From positions 1 through 48,552 of the forward strand of contig JBHHXN010000020.1 in NCBI GenBank assembly GCA_046757025.1: 48,552 nucleotides of DNA, in the 5' to 3' direction. The position numbers and the translations under genes were made by a program. The stretch comes from a bacterium. Lineage in GTDB: Bacteria; Zhuqueibacterota; Zhuqueibacteria; Oceanimicrobiales; Oceanimicrobiaceae. The notes below the pieces were generated by a model. The model was not told the origin of the DNA and did not search any database. It saw only the letters and a program-made list of their open reading frames with translations. This document shows positions 47,582 through 48,552 of this stretch, one piece after another; position 1 is the stretch's first letter, and the number at the start of each line of letters is the position of its first letter.

Positions 47582-48552
47582 ATGAAAGGCAATCAAAACA
47601 AAGTAGCCGGGCTCATTCATAAGATGATAAAATACCCATATCTCATTTTCTTTGTGATGATGACTGCCGGCGTCTGTTCGCGCGTAGGCGCTCAATCCTA
47701 CCATTTTCACAATTACACCGGCGATGACGGCTTGTCGCAGCTGGTAGCTCAGGCGCTGTTTCAGGATCGAGATGGTTACATTTGGATCGGTACACAAGCC
47801 GGGTTAAATTGCTACGACGGTTTTCAATTCGAAATTTTCAGTATTGAACAGGGGCTGAAAAATGACTGGATAAACGCGATTACTCAGGACAGCGCCGGCG
47901 CCATCTGGATCGCCACCAACGGCGGCCTGAGTCGCTGGACACCCCGCTCCGGATTTACCAACTACACAACCACACACGGTTTGCTAGACGAACAAATCCT
48001 GAATCTAGCCATCGATAAAAACGGCACCGTCTGGTGCGGCACCCGCAGCGGTCTGGTGTTCTGGGATGGCAGCCGATTTTTCGCGGTTGCTGAAAACAGC
48101 GGGCTGCCGGCCGCTGCCATCACCGTTTTGTTGGTTGACCAGGGCGACCGTTTATGGGTTGGCACCGAGACCGGGTTGTATGTAAAAAAAGAAAAACAGT
48201 TTGTCGCGTTTGCAAAAAAGGAAATTCAAAACCACAAAATTTATAATTTAGCGAAAGATCCGGAAGGACATTTGTGGGTGGGAGCGGAGAATGAGGTCTG
48301 GCATTTCTCAGGCAAGCGGCTACTCTCCTATTTCTCCGCAGCGGATGGTTTACCAGCTTTATCCCTGAATGCCAGCCGGGTCGGCCGTGACAGCTCGGTT
48401 TGGATCGGGACGGAAAACGGGCTGGTGGAAATCAGTCATCAAAAAATCAAGTTCATCGTACCCGACAACGGATTGCCCTTCCCACGAGTACGCACGCTTC
48501 TGGAAGATCGGGAAGGCACCCTGTGGGTGGGCGGATTTGGCGGAGTGGCCAA
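47582..48552 (+). CDS. Two-component regulator beta-propeller sensor protein (5' part, runs off the window)
   Basis: Absent from the ORF track (no stop). Hand translation: MKGNQ...signal-like segment...NYTGDDGLSQ...QDRDGYIWIGTQAGLNCYDG, with recurring D..G.(I/L)W.GT..GL repeats. Confidence 0.85.
   Translation, partial: MKGNQNKVAGLIHKMIKYPYLIFFVMMTAGVCSRVGAQSYHFHNYTGDDGLSQLVAQALFQDRDGYIWIGTQAGLNCYDGFQFEIFSIEQGLKNDWINAITQDSAGAIWIATNGGLSRWTPRSGFTNYTTTHGLLDEQILNLAIDKNGTVWCGTRSGLVFWDGSRFFAVAENSGLPAAAITVLLVDQGDRLWVGTETGLYVKKEKQFVAFAKKEIQNHKIYNLAKDPEGHLWVGAENEVWHFSGKRLLSYFSAADGLPALSLNASRVGRDSSVWIGTENGLVEISHQKIKFIVPDNGLPFPRVRTLLEDREGTLWVGGFGGVA

Noticed and set aside
1860..48552. A DGR variable repeat inside the window
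   Set aside because: No ORF ends in a RGGxW...GFRC-like segment and I saw no nucleotide match to the TR (by eye only)
1..48552. CRISPR array, rRNA, transposase or prophage
   Set aside because: No regularly spaced direct repeats, rRNA-like stretches, or transposase/integrase/phage structural ORFs seen

Overview
Bacterial chromosomal segment, mostly + strand. Gene content (GWxTD protein, spoVG-tRNA-Gln-prs, mglBA, lpxH, dispersed BMC genes) suggests a diderm of the KSB1/Calditrichota/FCB neighbourhood; this is inference only. Left end: a diversity-generating retroelement core (GC-rich hairpin, avd, DGR reverse transcriptase, template repeat for an FGE-sulfatase/CLec-type target). Its target gene/VR is not in the window and probably lies just upstream. 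Next come a nucleoside salvage cluster (cdd, udk, tdk, two nupC), a GT-C glycosyltransferase, a GWxTD protein, and an mglB-mglA-roadblock module. A phosphomutase-BMC-P-deoC-pdp operon plus two BMC-H genes points to a dispersed (deoxy)nucleoside/sugar-phosphate-utilising microcompartment whose DeoC carries an encapsulation-peptide-like helix and a four-Cys motif. The middle is housekeeping (PBP1A, lpxH, ispE, spoVG, tRNA-Gln, prs, rplY, pth, hppA, rpsF-ssb-rpsR-rplI, rsmE, HIT, rpsU, yqeY, cvpA, mutS2, suhB). The right end is a signalling island (Hpt, STAS, RsbW-like kinase, REC-PP2C, a CxxCH/5-PAS/3-REC hybrid kinase, a partial beta-propeller sensor) with two sigma28-like promoters. Several nested palindromic intergenic repeats are present. 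No CRISPR array, rRNA or transposase was seen.
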